Made by a program: the position numbers and the translations under genes. This document shows, piece after piece, positions 9,671 to 18,910 of a stretch of DNA of 64,000 nucleotides (position 1 is the first letter of the stretch; every line of letters starts with the position of its first letter). The DNA lies in NCBI GenBank assembly GCA_947625655.1, contig CANQPD010000003.1, positions 54,259-118,258 of the forward strand, read 5' to 3'. The notes beneath the pieces were generated by a model. It was given only the letters and a program-made list of their open reading frames with translations. It ran no database searches and was not told the DNA's origin. Source of the stretch: an uncultured Dysosmobacter sp. GTDB lineage: Bacteria; Bacillota; Clostridia; Oscillospirales; Oscillospiraceae.

Positions 9671-10891
9671 ATGAAGAAAAAAGTAAGCCTTCCCATGCAG
9701 ATCCTGATTGCCCTTGTTCTGGGCATTGTTGTGGGCCTGATCTGCTACTTCGCCGGCCTGGAAGACCTGACCACCAACTATCTCAAGCCCTTCGGCGACA
9801 TCTTCGTCAACCTGCTGAAGTTCATCGTGGTGCCCGTGGTCCTCTTCTCCATGATCGACGGCATCCTGTCCATGAACGACCTGAAGAAGGTGGGCTCCGT
9901 GGGCGTCAAGACCGTGGTCTACTTTATGGTGACCACCGCCATTGCCTGCGTCATCGGCCTGGTGTTCGCCAACATCTTCAACGGCGCCGGCCTGTTCCCC
10001 GTGCTGGATACCGCGGGCGCTGAGTATGAGGCCAAAGAGTTCGGCGGCTTCATGTCCACCCTGGTCTCCATCTTCCCCACCAACATGTGGCAGTCCTTCT
10101 CCAACGCCAACATGCTGCAGGTCATCGTCATCGCCCTGTTCTTCGGCGGCTCCATCCTGGCCGCCGGCGAGAAGGCCAATCTGTGCCGGGACATCGTCTC
10201 CTCTTTCTACTCCGTGATCGAGAAGCTGATGAGCTTCGTCATCGCCCTCAGCCCCATCGGCGTGTTCACCTACATGGCGTGGGTCGTCGCCACCCAGGGC
10301 GCCGCCATTCTGGGCTCCCTGGCGCTGGTCCTCCTGTGCGCCTATCTGGGCTATATCGTCCACGCCGTGGCTGTGTACTCCTTCTCCGCCAAGGCCTTTG
10401 CCGGCATGAGCCCCCTGAAGTTCTTCAAGGGCGCCTTCGCCGCCATGATCTTCGCCTTTACCTCCACCTCCTCCGCGGCGACCCTGCCGGTCTCCAAGGA
10501 GTGCGCCGCTGAGCTGGGCGCCGAGGACGACATCGCCGCCTTCGTCCTGCCCCTGGGCTCCACCATCAACATGGACGGCACCGCCATTTACCAGTGCGTG
10601 GCCACCGTGTTCCTGGCCTCCTGCGCGGGCATCCATCTGACCATCGGGCAGATGGTGATTGTGGTGGTCACCGCCACCCTGGCCTCCATCGGCACCGCGG
10701 GCGTCTCCGGCGCCGGCATGATCATGCTGGCCATGGTGCTGGAGGCTCTGGGCATCCCCGTGGCCTACATCGGCCTGATCGTGGCCGTGGACCGTCTGTT
10801 CGACATGGGCCGCACCTGCCTGAACGTCACCGGCGACATCGCCTGCTCCATCTGCGTCACCAAGTGGGAGGGCAAGAAGGCCAAGAAGTAA
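9671..10891 (+). CDS. dicarboxylate/amino acid:cation symporter (DAACS, GltP/GltT-like)
   Basis: 406 aa: MQILIALVLGIVVG..., ...FTSTSSAATLPVS..., ...NMDGTAIYQ..., ...DRLFDMGRTCLNVTGD. Confidence 0.85.
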   Translation: MKKKVSLPMQILIALVLGIVVGLICYFAGLEDLTTNYLKPFGDIFVNLLKFIVVPVVLFSMIDGILSMNDLKKVGSVGVKTVVYFMVTTAIACVIGLVFANIFNGAGLFPVLDTAGAEYEAKEFGGFMSTLVSIFPTNMWQSFSNANMLQVIVIALFFGGSILAAGEKANLCRDIVSSFYSVIEKLMSFVIALSPIGVFTYMAWVVATQGAAILGSLALVLLCAYLGYIVHAVAVYSFSAKAFAGMSPLKFFKGAFAAMIFAFTSTSSAATLPVSKECAAELGAEDDIAAFVLPLGSTINMDGTAIYQCVATVFLASCAGIHLTIGQMVIVVVTATLASIGTAGVSGAGMIMLAMVLEALGIPVAYIGLIVAVDRLFDMGRTCLNVTGDIACSICVTKWEGKKAKK

Positions 10892-10962
10892 TTTCCCGCT
10901 TTTTAAAAGAGCGGCCACCGTTTGCCTCCCCTTAACAGGGGTAACTTCATAGGTGTCCGGAA

Positions 10963-11007
10963 CCCCCGGCAGATATTGCTTCGGCAGTATCTGCCGGGGG
11001 CTTTTCT
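10963..11007 (+). terminator. rho-independent terminator of the symporter gene
   Basis: CCCCCGGCAGATA...TATCTGCCGGGGG stem followed by CTTTTCT. Confidence 0.7.
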
Positions 11008-11009
11008 GT

Positions 11010-11445
11010 CTATGCCGATTCCGCCATGCTCCGTGCCTCATCCGGTGTTACACCCATATACCCGATGTCGTTGTAGTGGATCTCCACCGTCTGCCGGGCG
11101 TGCTTGCTCCACTTCACGTCCCTTTCGTGGACCACGATCTTTCGGATGAACAGCCGCGGCGGCTCCGGGGGCGGCTCCCGGATGTCAGTGTACCGTTTTG
11201 CCAGGGCGATGAAGTGGTCCGTGCCGCGCACTTTTTCCCGCGTGGCCCGAATGGTTGCCTCTCCTGCCGGGATCTTTTCCTGAATCCGGGCCATCTCCCC
11301 CATGCAGCCGGCAGAAAGGGCCTGGAACCGCTCCGCCGCGACGCGGCCCGGCACGCTGTCCCCGTACAGCCGCCTGAAAATGGCGTCCAGCTCCCCGGCC
11401 CGCTTGTTCAGGGCGGCCGATTCCTTCTCATACCCCGGAGGTCCC
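11010..11445 (-). pseudogene. C-terminal remnant of a large serine recombinase (DUF4368-like tail)
   Basis: The tail of ORF 11010..11573 reads ...LNKRAGELDAIFRRLYGDSVPGRVAAERFQALSAGCMGEMARIQEKI...FIRKIVVHERDVKWSKHARQTVEIHYNDIGY. This resembles the C-terminal domain of clostridial large serine recombinases. No resolvase catalytic domain lies upstream. Confidence 0.5.
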
Positions 11446-11647
11446 GCTGTATCTCCGCCTAAGCGCCGCCCGGGCCGCGGGCAGGCGAACGGGGCGGCTG
11501 TGCCCGGCGGGCGCGTCATGCCTGACACCGGATCCTGCCGCCCCATTTCTTGATGCGTGCCAGCGCATGGCAAATATGTTCCGAGGCCGCAGAAAAACGG
11601 GAGCCCGCGTCGATCCGTATGGTATAGAGCTTCCGATCAGAGGGCCG

Positions 11648-12769
11648 TTAGATAGAGCTCAAAAATTCACGGATATAGGGAATGGCCGCGCCGATGGCAA
11701 CAACGTCCGCCTCCTGGACGCCCAGCCGCAGGAAATTTTCACGCTCCGGGAAGGCGGTGCGCAGCTGGATCAGAGAGAAGAGCATGGCCAGATCGTCTTC
11801 TGTCAAAAAGGGGGCAATATGACCGCCCAAAATGATGATACTGTCAATGGCCATATGGATATTATTCAGCGCCAGAGCCAGCCATCCCAAATACTCCACC
11901 CAGCGTGCGCCGTGGGCAGGGCTGCCCTGACGGAGCCCGGAGAAGAAGCTTTCCAGTGTTTCTCCTTTCCGTAATAGCGCGCCCGCCGAACAGTAGCACT
12001 CCATACAGCCGTGCTTGCCGCAGTAGCACTGGAGCCCGCCCTCCATCAAGGTCATGTGCTCAAAGGTGCCGGTGCGCCCGGTGCGTCCGCTTTGCAGCTG
12101 CCCGCCGGCAATGACCGCGCCGCCCAGATGCCGTCCAAGGGAGAGGTAGATGGCGTTGGTCAGAGCCGGGTCCCGCCACAGCTCCAGGTGGGCGGCGCAC
12201 TCGGAGTCGTGAACAAAACGGCAGGGATAGGCCAGACGTTTTTCCAACGCGTCGATGGTCAGGCCGGTACAGTCCAGAATTTTTCCGTAAATCATTTCCC
12301 GGCCATTCTCGGACACCAGGCCCTGCATGCCAAGGCCCACGCCCAAAACCCGCTCCGGCGTAATGCCGCAATCCTGCAGCAGCAGCCGCACCAGCTGTGC
12401 CAGCGCGTCAAAATAGCTGTCCTCCTGTGCAAATGCCAGGGGGACCGTCTTTTTTTTCACCACAGTGCCGTACAGGTCCAGGACCACGGCTGTAGCCTGG
12501 TCGGACAGGGCCTCCACGCCCACCGCCGCGCGGGCGTCCGCCCTCGGGCAGTAGGCGGCAGCCTTCCGGCCAATGCTGGAGGCCAGCTGTCCCCGCTTTT
12601 CGATCAGGCCCTCGTCGGCCAGGGCGGTCAGGTGCTGGGTCACGGTGGGCAGGCTCATTTGCAGGGCCGTGGCGATCTGCTGCTTGGAGATGCGCTTTTC
12701 CCGGTAGATCAGCCGATATATGTCCGCGTAGTTTTTCCTGCGGATATCTGTCAGCGAAAACTTTTCCAT
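11648..12769 (-). CDS. ROK family transcriptional regulator
   Basis: 373 aa. N-terminal wHTH: ISKQQIATALQMSLPTVTQHLTALADEGLI. ROK sugar-kinase fold with CYCGKHGCMECYCS zinc motif. Confidence 0.85.
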   Translation of the reverse strand: MEKFSLTDIRRKNYADIYRLIYREKRISKQQIATALQMSLPTVTQHLTALADEGLIEKRGQLASSIGRKAAAYCPRADARAAVGVEALSDQATAVVLDLYGTVVKKKTVPLAFAQEDSYFDALAQLVRLLLQDCGITPERVLGVGLGMQGLVSENGREMIYGKILDCTGLTIDALEKRLAYPCRFVHDSECAAHLELWRDPALTNAIYLSLGRHLGGAVIAGGQLQSGRTGRTGTFEHMTLMEGGLQCYCGKHGCMECYCSAGALLRKGETLESFFSGLRQGSPAHGARWVEYLGWLALALNNIHMAIDSIIILGGHIAPFLTEDDLAMLFSLIQLRTAFPERENFLRLGVQEADVVAIGAAIPYIREFLSSI

Positions 12770-12962
12770 GGGGACCGTCCTTTCAAAAGCTTATTTTATA
12801 AAATGATTATAGTACATTTGCTGAAAAAGCACAACCCATTTTTGCATGATTTGCACAGATTCTCGCCGTTCTATTGTGGAAATAGCTAAAAAAATGAAGC
12901 AAAAGTTATTACAATTCGTGTATTGCGCAAAAATAGATGGGGCGCTATTATATAAATACATT

Positions 12963-12981
12963 ATATAAAATCATTTTATAT
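12963..12981. promoter_or_regulatory. 19-bp perfect palindrome in the ROK/SDR divergent intergenic region (candidate operator)
   Basis: ATATAAAATCATTTTATAT. A related half-site, TATAAAATGATTAT, lies at ~12796-12809. Confidence 0.4.
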
Positions 12982-13016
12982 AAATGGTTTTATAATTTCG
13001 AAAGGGAGCATGGATC

Positions 13017-13793
13017 ATGGGAATTATTGAAAAGATGAGACTGGACGGAAAGAAGGGCTTTGTAACCGGCGCCGCAAGGGGGATTGGAAAGTGCACCGCC
13101 ACCGCGTTTGCAGAGGCCGGCGCAGATTTGGCCATTGTTGACCTCGACCTCGAGACCGCCCAGAAGACCGCGCAGGAAATTGCTCAGGCCACCGGGCGTA
13201 AGGTGATCGCCCTGAAGTGTGATGTGACGGACGAGGCCCAGGTACAGGCCATGGTGGACGAGGTGGTCAGGCAGCTGGGCGGATTGAACTTCTGCCACGC
13301 CAACGCGGGCATCTGCATCAACGCCCCCGCGGACGAGATGACCTATGCCCAGTGGAAGAAGAACATCGATGTCAATCTGAACAGCGTATTCCTCACCGAT
13401 ACCATTGCGGGCAGATACATGCTGGCCCACGGCGGCGGCTCCATCATCAATACCGCCTCCATGTCGGCCCACATCGTCAATGTGCCCCAGCCCCAGTGCG
13501 CCTATAACGCCTCCAAGGCCGGCGTGATCCAGCTGACCAAGTCCCTGGCCGTGGAGTGGGCCAAGCGGGGTGTGCGGGTCAACAGCATCAGCCCGGGCTA
13601 TATCGGAACCGACCTGACTCTGTCCTCCGAGTTTCTCAAGCCCCTGATTGAGCAGTGGAATGCCATGGCCCCCATGGGCCGCCTGGGCAAGCCCGAGGAG
13701 CTGGAGTCCATCTGTGTGTATCTGGCCGGCGATACTTCCACGTTTACCACCGGCGCGGACTTTGGCCTGGACGGCGCGTTCACCTGCTTCTAA
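13017..13793 (+). CDS. SDR family oxidoreductase (sugar/polyol dehydrogenase-like)
   Basis: 258 aa: GKKGFVTGAARGIGKC (TGxxxGxG), ...YNASKAG (YxxxK). Confidence 0.85.
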   Translation: MGIIEKMRLDGKKGFVTGAARGIGKCTATAFAEAGADLAIVDLDLETAQKTAQEIAQATGRKVIALKCDVTDEAQVQAMVDEVVRQLGGLNFCHANAGICINAPADEMTYAQWKKNIDVNLNSVFLTDTIAGRYMLAHGGGSIINTASMSAHIVNVPQPQCAYNASKAGVIQLTKSLAVEWAKRGVRVNSISPGYIGTDLTLSSEFLKPLIEQWNAMAPMGRLGKPEELESICVYLAGDTSTFTTGADFGLDGAFTCF

Positions 13794-13820
13794 GCGGGCA
13801 AGGCGGAAAGGATACGACGT

Positions 13821-15347
13821 ATGGAATACTTACTCGGTACCGACATCGGGACCTCCGGCACCAAAACGATCCTCACCGACTGCAAGGGCAACGTCATCGC
13901 CCAGGACCTGCAGGAGACCGATGTGCTTACTCCCCGTCCCCTCTGGGCGGAGCAGTGGCCCGACGTGTGGCTGGAGGCGGCCAAGGCCTCGATCCGCAAT
14001 ACCGTGGCCAAATCCGGTGTGGACAAAATGGACATCAAGGCCATTGCCATCAGCGGTCTGTACGGCGGCTCCGGCATTCCCCTGGACGCCGGCATGAAGC
14101 CGGTGCGCCCCTGCATGATCTGGATGGACCGCCGGGCCCAGCAGGAGAGCGACTGGGTGCTGGAGACCATCGGAGAGGAGAAACTGCAGCGGATTACCCA
14201 CAACGGCGCCGACCCCTACTATGGCTACACCAAAATGCTGTGGATGAAGAACAACGAGCCGGAGAACTGGGCCAGGACAAAGCTGTTCCTGCCCCCCAAC
14301 GACTATGTGATCTACAAGCTGACCGGGCAGATCGCCATTGACTACTCCTCCGCCGGCAACATCGGCGGCATCTTCGACATGAACACCCGTACCTGGTCTC
14401 AGGAACTGCTGGGCGCCATGGGGATCCCGGCTGAGATGATGCCCCGGCGGCTGGTGGAGTCCACCGATGTGGTGGGCGGGCTGACCGCCCAGGCGGCGGC
14501 GGAGCTGGGCCTGTGGGCTGGGATGCCTGTGGTGGCCGGCGGCATCGACTGCGGCGCGGCCAACATCGGCCTGGGCGTGTTCGAGCCCGGCGTGTACGCC
14601 GCCGCCATCGGCACCTCCATGTGCGCGGCCCTGATCTCCGACAAGCCGGTGCAGGGCAAGGGGCTGATCGTGTGGCCCTACCTGTACCGGGCCAAGGAGC
14701 TGTCCTACTACTTCGCCGGCGGCGCCACCGCCGGAGCCATTGTCAAGTGGTTCCGCAACACCCTGTGTCAGATGGAATACCAGGCCGAGCAGGCGGGCGG
14801 CCCCAACGCCTACGATGTGCTCAACGAGCAGGCGGCCAAGCTCCCGGCGGGCAGCGAGGGGCTGATCGTACTGCCCTACTTCATGGGGGAGCGCAGCCCC
14901 ATCTGGGACTCTGACGCCAAGGGCACCATCGTGGGCCTGTCCCTGGCCCACACCAAGGCCCACCTGTACCGCGCCTTTTTAGAGGCCGTGGCCTACTCCC
15001 TCCGGGACGCCATGAACGCCACCGGAGAGGACCTGGGCAAGTCCATCCTGCTGGCGGGCGGGGTGACCAAATCCAAGCTGTGGCGGCAGATTTTCGCGGA
15101 CGTCACCGGTTATCCCGTGGTCTGCCCCAAAAATGATGTGGAGGCCAATATGGGCGACGTGATGCTGGCGGGCATCGGCGTGGGCCTGCTGACCTATGAC
15201 GAGGTCAAGACCTGGCAGGTGCTGGATCAGCCCATCCTCCCCGATCCGGAGCGCCATGCCCAGTATGACCACTGCTTTGCCGTGTACAAGTCTATTTACA
15301 GCCACCTGAAGGATGATATGAAGTCCATGAGCGCGCTGAGGCTGTGA
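13821..15347 (+). CDS. FGGY family carbohydrate kinase (xylulokinase-like)
   Basis: 508 aa: MEYLLGTDIGTSGTKTIL..., ...PYFMGERSPIWD..., ...LLAGGVTKSKLWRQIFADV. Confidence 0.85.
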   Translation: MEYLLGTDIGTSGTKTILTDCKGNVIAQDLQETDVLTPRPLWAEQWPDVWLEAAKASIRNTVAKSGVDKMDIKAIAISGLYGGSGIPLDAGMKPVRPCMIWMDRRAQQESDWVLETIGEEKLQRITHNGADPYYGYTKMLWMKNNEPENWARTKLFLPPNDYVIYKLTGQIAIDYSSAGNIGGIFDMNTRTWSQELLGAMGIPAEMMPRRLVESTDVVGGLTAQAAAELGLWAGMPVVAGGIDCGAANIGLGVFEPGVYAAAIGTSMCAALISDKPVQGKGLIVWPYLYRAKELSYYFAGGATAGAIVKWFRNTLCQMEYQAEQAGGPNAYDVLNEQAAKLPAGSEGLIVLPYFMGERSPIWDSDAKGTIVGLSLAHTKAHLYRAFLEAVAYSLRDAMNATGEDLGKSILLAGGVTKSKLWRQIFADVTGYPVVCPKNDVEANMGDVMLAGIGVGLLTYDEVKTWQVLDQPILPDPERHAQYDHCFAVYKSIYSHLKDDMKSMSALRL

Positions 15348-15369
15348 TGGAAAGGGGAGAGGAAACGAT

Positions 15370-16221
15370 ATGAGTAAATGGGGAAAGCGGATTGGCTACG
15401 GCATCGGCGACCTGGGCTGCAACCTGGTGTTCAGCACCATGTCCTCCTACCTGCTGATCTTCTATACCGATGTATTCGGCATCGCCGCCGCCGCGGCCGG
15501 CACTATGATGCTGGTCACCAAGCTGGTGGACGCCATCACGGACACGATTATGGGCGTAATTGTGGACAAGACCCATACCAAATGGGGACAGGGACGCCCT
15601 TACTTTGCCATCGGCGCGGTGCCCTTCGCCGTGCTTACGGTGCTGACCTTTATTGTCCCCGACCTGAGCGAGAGCGGCAAGCTGATTTGGGCCTACGTCA
15701 CCTACTGCCTGCTGTGCACCGCCTATACCGTGGTCAATATCCCCCTGAACACCATTGTCCCCCGCCTGTCCTCCGACCCCCACGAACGCAACATCCTGGT
15801 GAGCACCCGCATGGTCTGTGCCCTGCTGGGCACCGCCATCGTCATGTCCATCACCACCCCCTTTGTCAAATTTGTCAGCGGGATCGTTGATCCCGGCCTG
15901 GCCGACCCCTTCAAAAGCCCGAAGGCCTGGGTGATTGTTATGGGCATCTACGGCGTGGCGGCCATGCTGATTTTCTTCCTCACCTTTGCCTGCACGGAGG
16001 AGGTCGTTCCTCCGTCCGTGCAAAATGAGGATACCTCGCTGAAAGAGAACCTCAAGGCCTTGACCGGTCAGGCCTGGCTGGTGATGATCTTCAACTTCCT
16101 GTACTTCGCTTTGTATGTGGTGCGCTCTACCACGGTGATCTATTTCTTTAAGTACAATCTGGGCCGCGAGGATCTGGCCACGCTGGTGGGCTTCCTGGGG
16201 ATTCTGTCCGGCCTGCCCATA
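15370..16221 (+). pseudogene. GPH (glycoside-pentoside-hexuronide):cation symporter, 3'-truncated after ~284 codons
   Basis: MSKWGKRIGYGIGDLGCNLVFSTMSSYLLIFYTDVFGI...MGVIVDKTHTKWGQGRPY is typical GPH. After ...GFLGILSGLPI the ORF continues only as the antisense of the ABC fragment. Confidence 0.7.
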
Positions 16222-16845
16222 CTCCACGGCCTCGCCGCTCATCTTTTCGATCTCCTGCTGGTAGCGGTGGAAGAAGCCCGCGTTTTTCCCGCCCATCATG
16301 CTCATCATGCACCCCAAGGCCAGCACCATGGTCAGCAGGCACAAAAGGCCCATCCGCCAGTCGAACACGAACAGCAGCACAATGGCCGCCGCCGGAGTCA
16401 CCACCGCCGCTGTCAGCTCTGGCAGCTTGTGAGCCAGCAGGTCCTCGGTGAGGGCGGCGTTGTCGTCAATGATCTTCCGCAGCCGCCCGGACTGGTCGCC
16501 GCTGAAAAAGCCCAGAGGCAGTTCCAAAACATGAGCAACCCCCGCGTGGCGCATATTCCGGGCGGTGCGGAAGGCGGCCACATGGGTACACATCAGCGCC
16601 GCGAAGTAAACGGCGATATTTCCCACGGCGAACCACACCGCCATCCAGCCCCAGCGGGTCAGCGCCTGGGCGGGCGGAACAGCCGGATAACCGGACAGGG
16701 CCTCCCGGGCCACCAGCCAGACGCAGACATAGGGGACGAGCCCCAGCACGGCGGCGATACCGGATAAGGTACAGCCCAGTACCGTCAGCCGCCTGTGGCG
16801 CCCGGCATAGCCCAGGAGCCGTGACAAATTGGACTTCTTCTTCAA
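16222..16845 (-). pseudogene. ABC exporter (fused TMD-NBD type), only the N-terminal ~205 codons are present
   Basis: MKKKSNLSRLLGYAGRHRRLTVLGCTLSGIAAVLGLVPY...RLRKIIDDNAALTEDLLAHKLPE...QQEIEKMSGEAVEY, then sense is lost. No NBD. The ORF runs on as the antisense of the GPH gene. Confidence 0.7.
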
Positions 16846-16904
16846 AACAGATACCTCCTTTATTTAGTTAGCTATAACTAACTTACAGTCAAAATGAAAA
16901 GGGG

Positions 16905-17516
16905 TCACACCCCTATCATTTCGTGCCATCCGGCCAGATAAAACCGCTGGAGCTGGGCCACATACCGTTTCGCCTGCTCATAGGGCATATCGTGGACCAC
17001 GATCTCAAAGATCCCGTTGAACATTCCACTGGCGATAATATGGGCCAGCGCCCGGTCCATCTCCGGGATGTCGTGTCCCTGCCGCCGCAGCACCTCTATA
17101 AACTGATAGGTGGCGTCCACCTCGATCTCCACCATGTTATGGATGAACTGTTGGTAACTGGTGCCCTGGGCGCAGCAGATCAGCAGCTTAAAGGCATCGT
17201 AATGCTGATAAATGTAGTCCAGCATCCACATGGTGCAGTCCGCCGACTCTTTGCCCACATGGGCGGGCTGTTCCGTCTCGGGCAGCTCCGCGAACTGCGT
17301 CTGGGACTGCATAAACCGCCCCATAACGGCCGCGGCGTGGGGTTCCACCAGGGCGGCAAACAGAGCCTCTTTGCTGGAAAAGTAACCATAGAAAGCACCG
17401 GTGGTGACACCGGCATTCTTCACGATCTGCCGCAGCGAGGCCCCCTGAAAGCCCTTGTCCAGAAATTCAGAAAAAGCCGCTTGGTGAATTTTTTCCAGCG
17501 TGGATTGATCGTCCAT
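16905..17516 (-). CDS. TetR/AcrR family transcriptional regulator
   Basis: MDDQSTLEKIHQAAFSEFLDKGFQGASLRQIVKNAGVTTGAFYGYFSSKEALF. GAGGAA SD before ATG 17516. The 450-aa track ORF over-extends across tRNA-Gly. Confidence 0.85.
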   Translation of the reverse strand: MDDQSTLEKIHQAAFSEFLDKGFQGASLRQIVKNAGVTTGAFYGYFSSKEALFAALVEPHAAAVMGRFMQSQTQFAELPETEQPAHVGKESADCTMWMLDYIYQHYDAFKLLICCAQGTSYQQFIHNMVEIEVDATYQFIEVLRRQGHDIPEMDRALAHIIASGMFNGIFEIVVHDMPYEQAKRYVAQLQRFYLAGWHEMIGV

Positions 17517-17530
17517 GGAGATTTTCCTCG

Positions 17531-17554
17531 TAACAGTGTTATATAACAGTGTTA
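17531..17554. promoter_or_regulatory. tandem 11-bp palindromes, candidate TetR operator
   Basis: TAACAGTGTTA-TA-TAACAGTGTTA lies 15 nt upstream of the TetR start, between a TTGACA/-10 region and the SD. Confidence 0.55.
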
Positions 17555-17948
17555 TAATGGTAAAAGCACATAGCAATGTCAATAGTTTTTTGACAATACC
17601 ATGCGTTTTCCGCCGGATGAGTTCTTCTGACGCCTCATATGGAATATCAAGCATATCTGAAAAGCCCACCAAGACCGGCTTGAACAGCTGGGCGGGAAAC
17701 AGCTTGCGGCAGCCGCCCTTTGCCGGCCGGTGAGCGCGGTTCTGCCTGGGGATGCCGGGGCTGCCGGAGCTGGCAGAACGGCGGGGATGAGATACATAAA
17801 TCGGACGGAGCCCCTGCCGCGAGGATCCGTCCGCGGTCTGAACGGGACAGCGAAAGAAAAATGTCCGCCGGTTCCAGCAAATCCTCCTCATATCCGGTTC
17901 GCCGGAAATCCCCCCCGCGGGAAAAACAAAAAAATCCGCGAAAGAGGC

Positions 17949-17977
17949 TTGACAGGAGGGAAAACCTTTGTTAAAAT
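17949..17977 (+). promoter_or_regulatory. promoter of tRNA-Gly
   Basis: TTGACA, 17 nt, TAAAAT. The -10 ends 14 nt before the tRNA 5' end. Confidence 0.65.
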
Positions 17978-17990
17978 ACACCTTGTTCTC

Positions 17991-18066
17991 GCGGGCATAG
18001 CTCATCTGGTAGAGCGCCACCTTGCCAAGGTGGAGGTAGCGAGTTCGAGCCTCGTTGCCCGCTCCA
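17991..18066 (+). tRNA. tRNA-Gly (GCC)
   Basis: Hand-folded cloverleaf: GCGGGCA acceptor, anticodon loop TTGCCAA, GGTTCGAGCC-type T-arm, encoded CCA. Confidence 0.9.
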
Positions 18067-18070
18067 AAAA

Positions 18071-18105
18071 ACAGGACATCCAGCTTTGGATGTCCTGTTT
18101 CTTTT
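18071..18105 (+). terminator. terminator after tRNA-Gly
   Basis: ACAGGACATCC-AGCTT-GGATGTCCTGT followed by TTCTTTTG. Confidence 0.75.
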
Positions 18106-18210
18106 GTCAGAAGCAGCAGAACTTGCTGCCTCCACCTGTGCGCGAAGCGCTTTTCAATCCGAGGTGAGGCAGGGTTCCCGCGAATGGCCGCAGGCCGTTC
18201 GCGGGGTGCC

Positions 18211-18246
18211 GGGAAGCGGGCGCATCCCAGGATGCGCCCGCTTCCC
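18211..18246. other. 16-bp perfect stem-loop abutting the stop of the racemase-like gene (possible terminator, no U-tract)
   Basis: GGGAAGCGGGCGCATC-CCAG-GATGCGCCCGCTTCCC. Confidence 0.4.
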
Positions 18247-18906
18247 TCATGCCTCATTCAATTTCCGCACCATTTCCTCCGCCGGGTCGATCAGCGGCAG
18301 GCTTGTCCGCGCCGCCAGCGCTTCCTTAAAATAAGGAAAGTGGGTGCATCCCAGCACCAGGGCCTCCATGCCGCAGCGGCGGAACCACTCCGCCAGCTCC
18401 GGCAGATGATGGCGCTCCACCAGCTCCTCCGGCGGCACCCCCGCCTCAATGGACTCCACCGCCGGCAGCATGGCCGCTCCCAGCAGGTCCAGCGCCGGAT
18501 TGGCGGAAAGCAGCGTCCGCTCAATGCCCGCCAGCCCCTGGGCGTTGGCGGCGATGAGCCCCAGCCGCCGGTAACGGGGGGCCAGGGCGCGGTACACGTC
18601 CAGCGGCGTCACGATGTGAAGCCCCGTCGCCGCCGCCAGCGGACCGAAGTCCACCGAGGAGGACAGGGAATTGCAGTATACGAATGCCTTCCGGCAGCCC
18701 TGGGCCATGGCCTGGCGCAAAACGCCCAGCACCGCCGCCTCCTTCTCCTCCCGGGAGGAGATTTGAAAGGCGGTCTGCCGCCGGGGGTCCGAAGCCAGCG
18801 GGAAAGCAAGGCCGCCGAGCCTCGCCGCCGTCAGGCAGTCCACCCCCATCCGGGTATCCACCGGCGTGCCCGCCAGGACAGCGATCAGTTCCTCACCCGT
18901 AACCAT
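18247..18906 (-). CDS. Asp/Glu/hydantoin racemase superfamily protein
   Basis: MVTGEELIAVLAGTPVDTRMG..., ...FVYCNSLSS..., ...LVLGCTHFPYF (two Cys motifs). The start at 18906 lies 4 nt after the upstream stop. The track ORF over-extends. Confidence 0.65.
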   Translation of the reverse strand: MVTGEELIAVLAGTPVDTRMGVDCLTAARLGGLAFPLASDPRRQTAFQISSREEKEAAVLGVLRQAMAQGCRKAFVYCNSLSSSVDFGPLAAATGLHIVTPLDVYRALAPRYRRLGLIAANAQGLAGIERTLLSANPALDLLGAAMLPAVESIEAGVPPEELVERHHLPELAEWFRRCGMEALVLGCTHFPYFKEALAARTSLPLIDPAEEMVRKLNEA

Positions 18907-18910
18907 CACC

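Noticed and set aside
16905-18257. 450-aa ORF suggesting a long TetR-fusion protein
   Set aside because: The N-terminal 250 codons run antisense through tRNA-Gly and its terminator and have no protein-like features. A good SD and ATG at 17516 gives a standard ~200-aa TetR.
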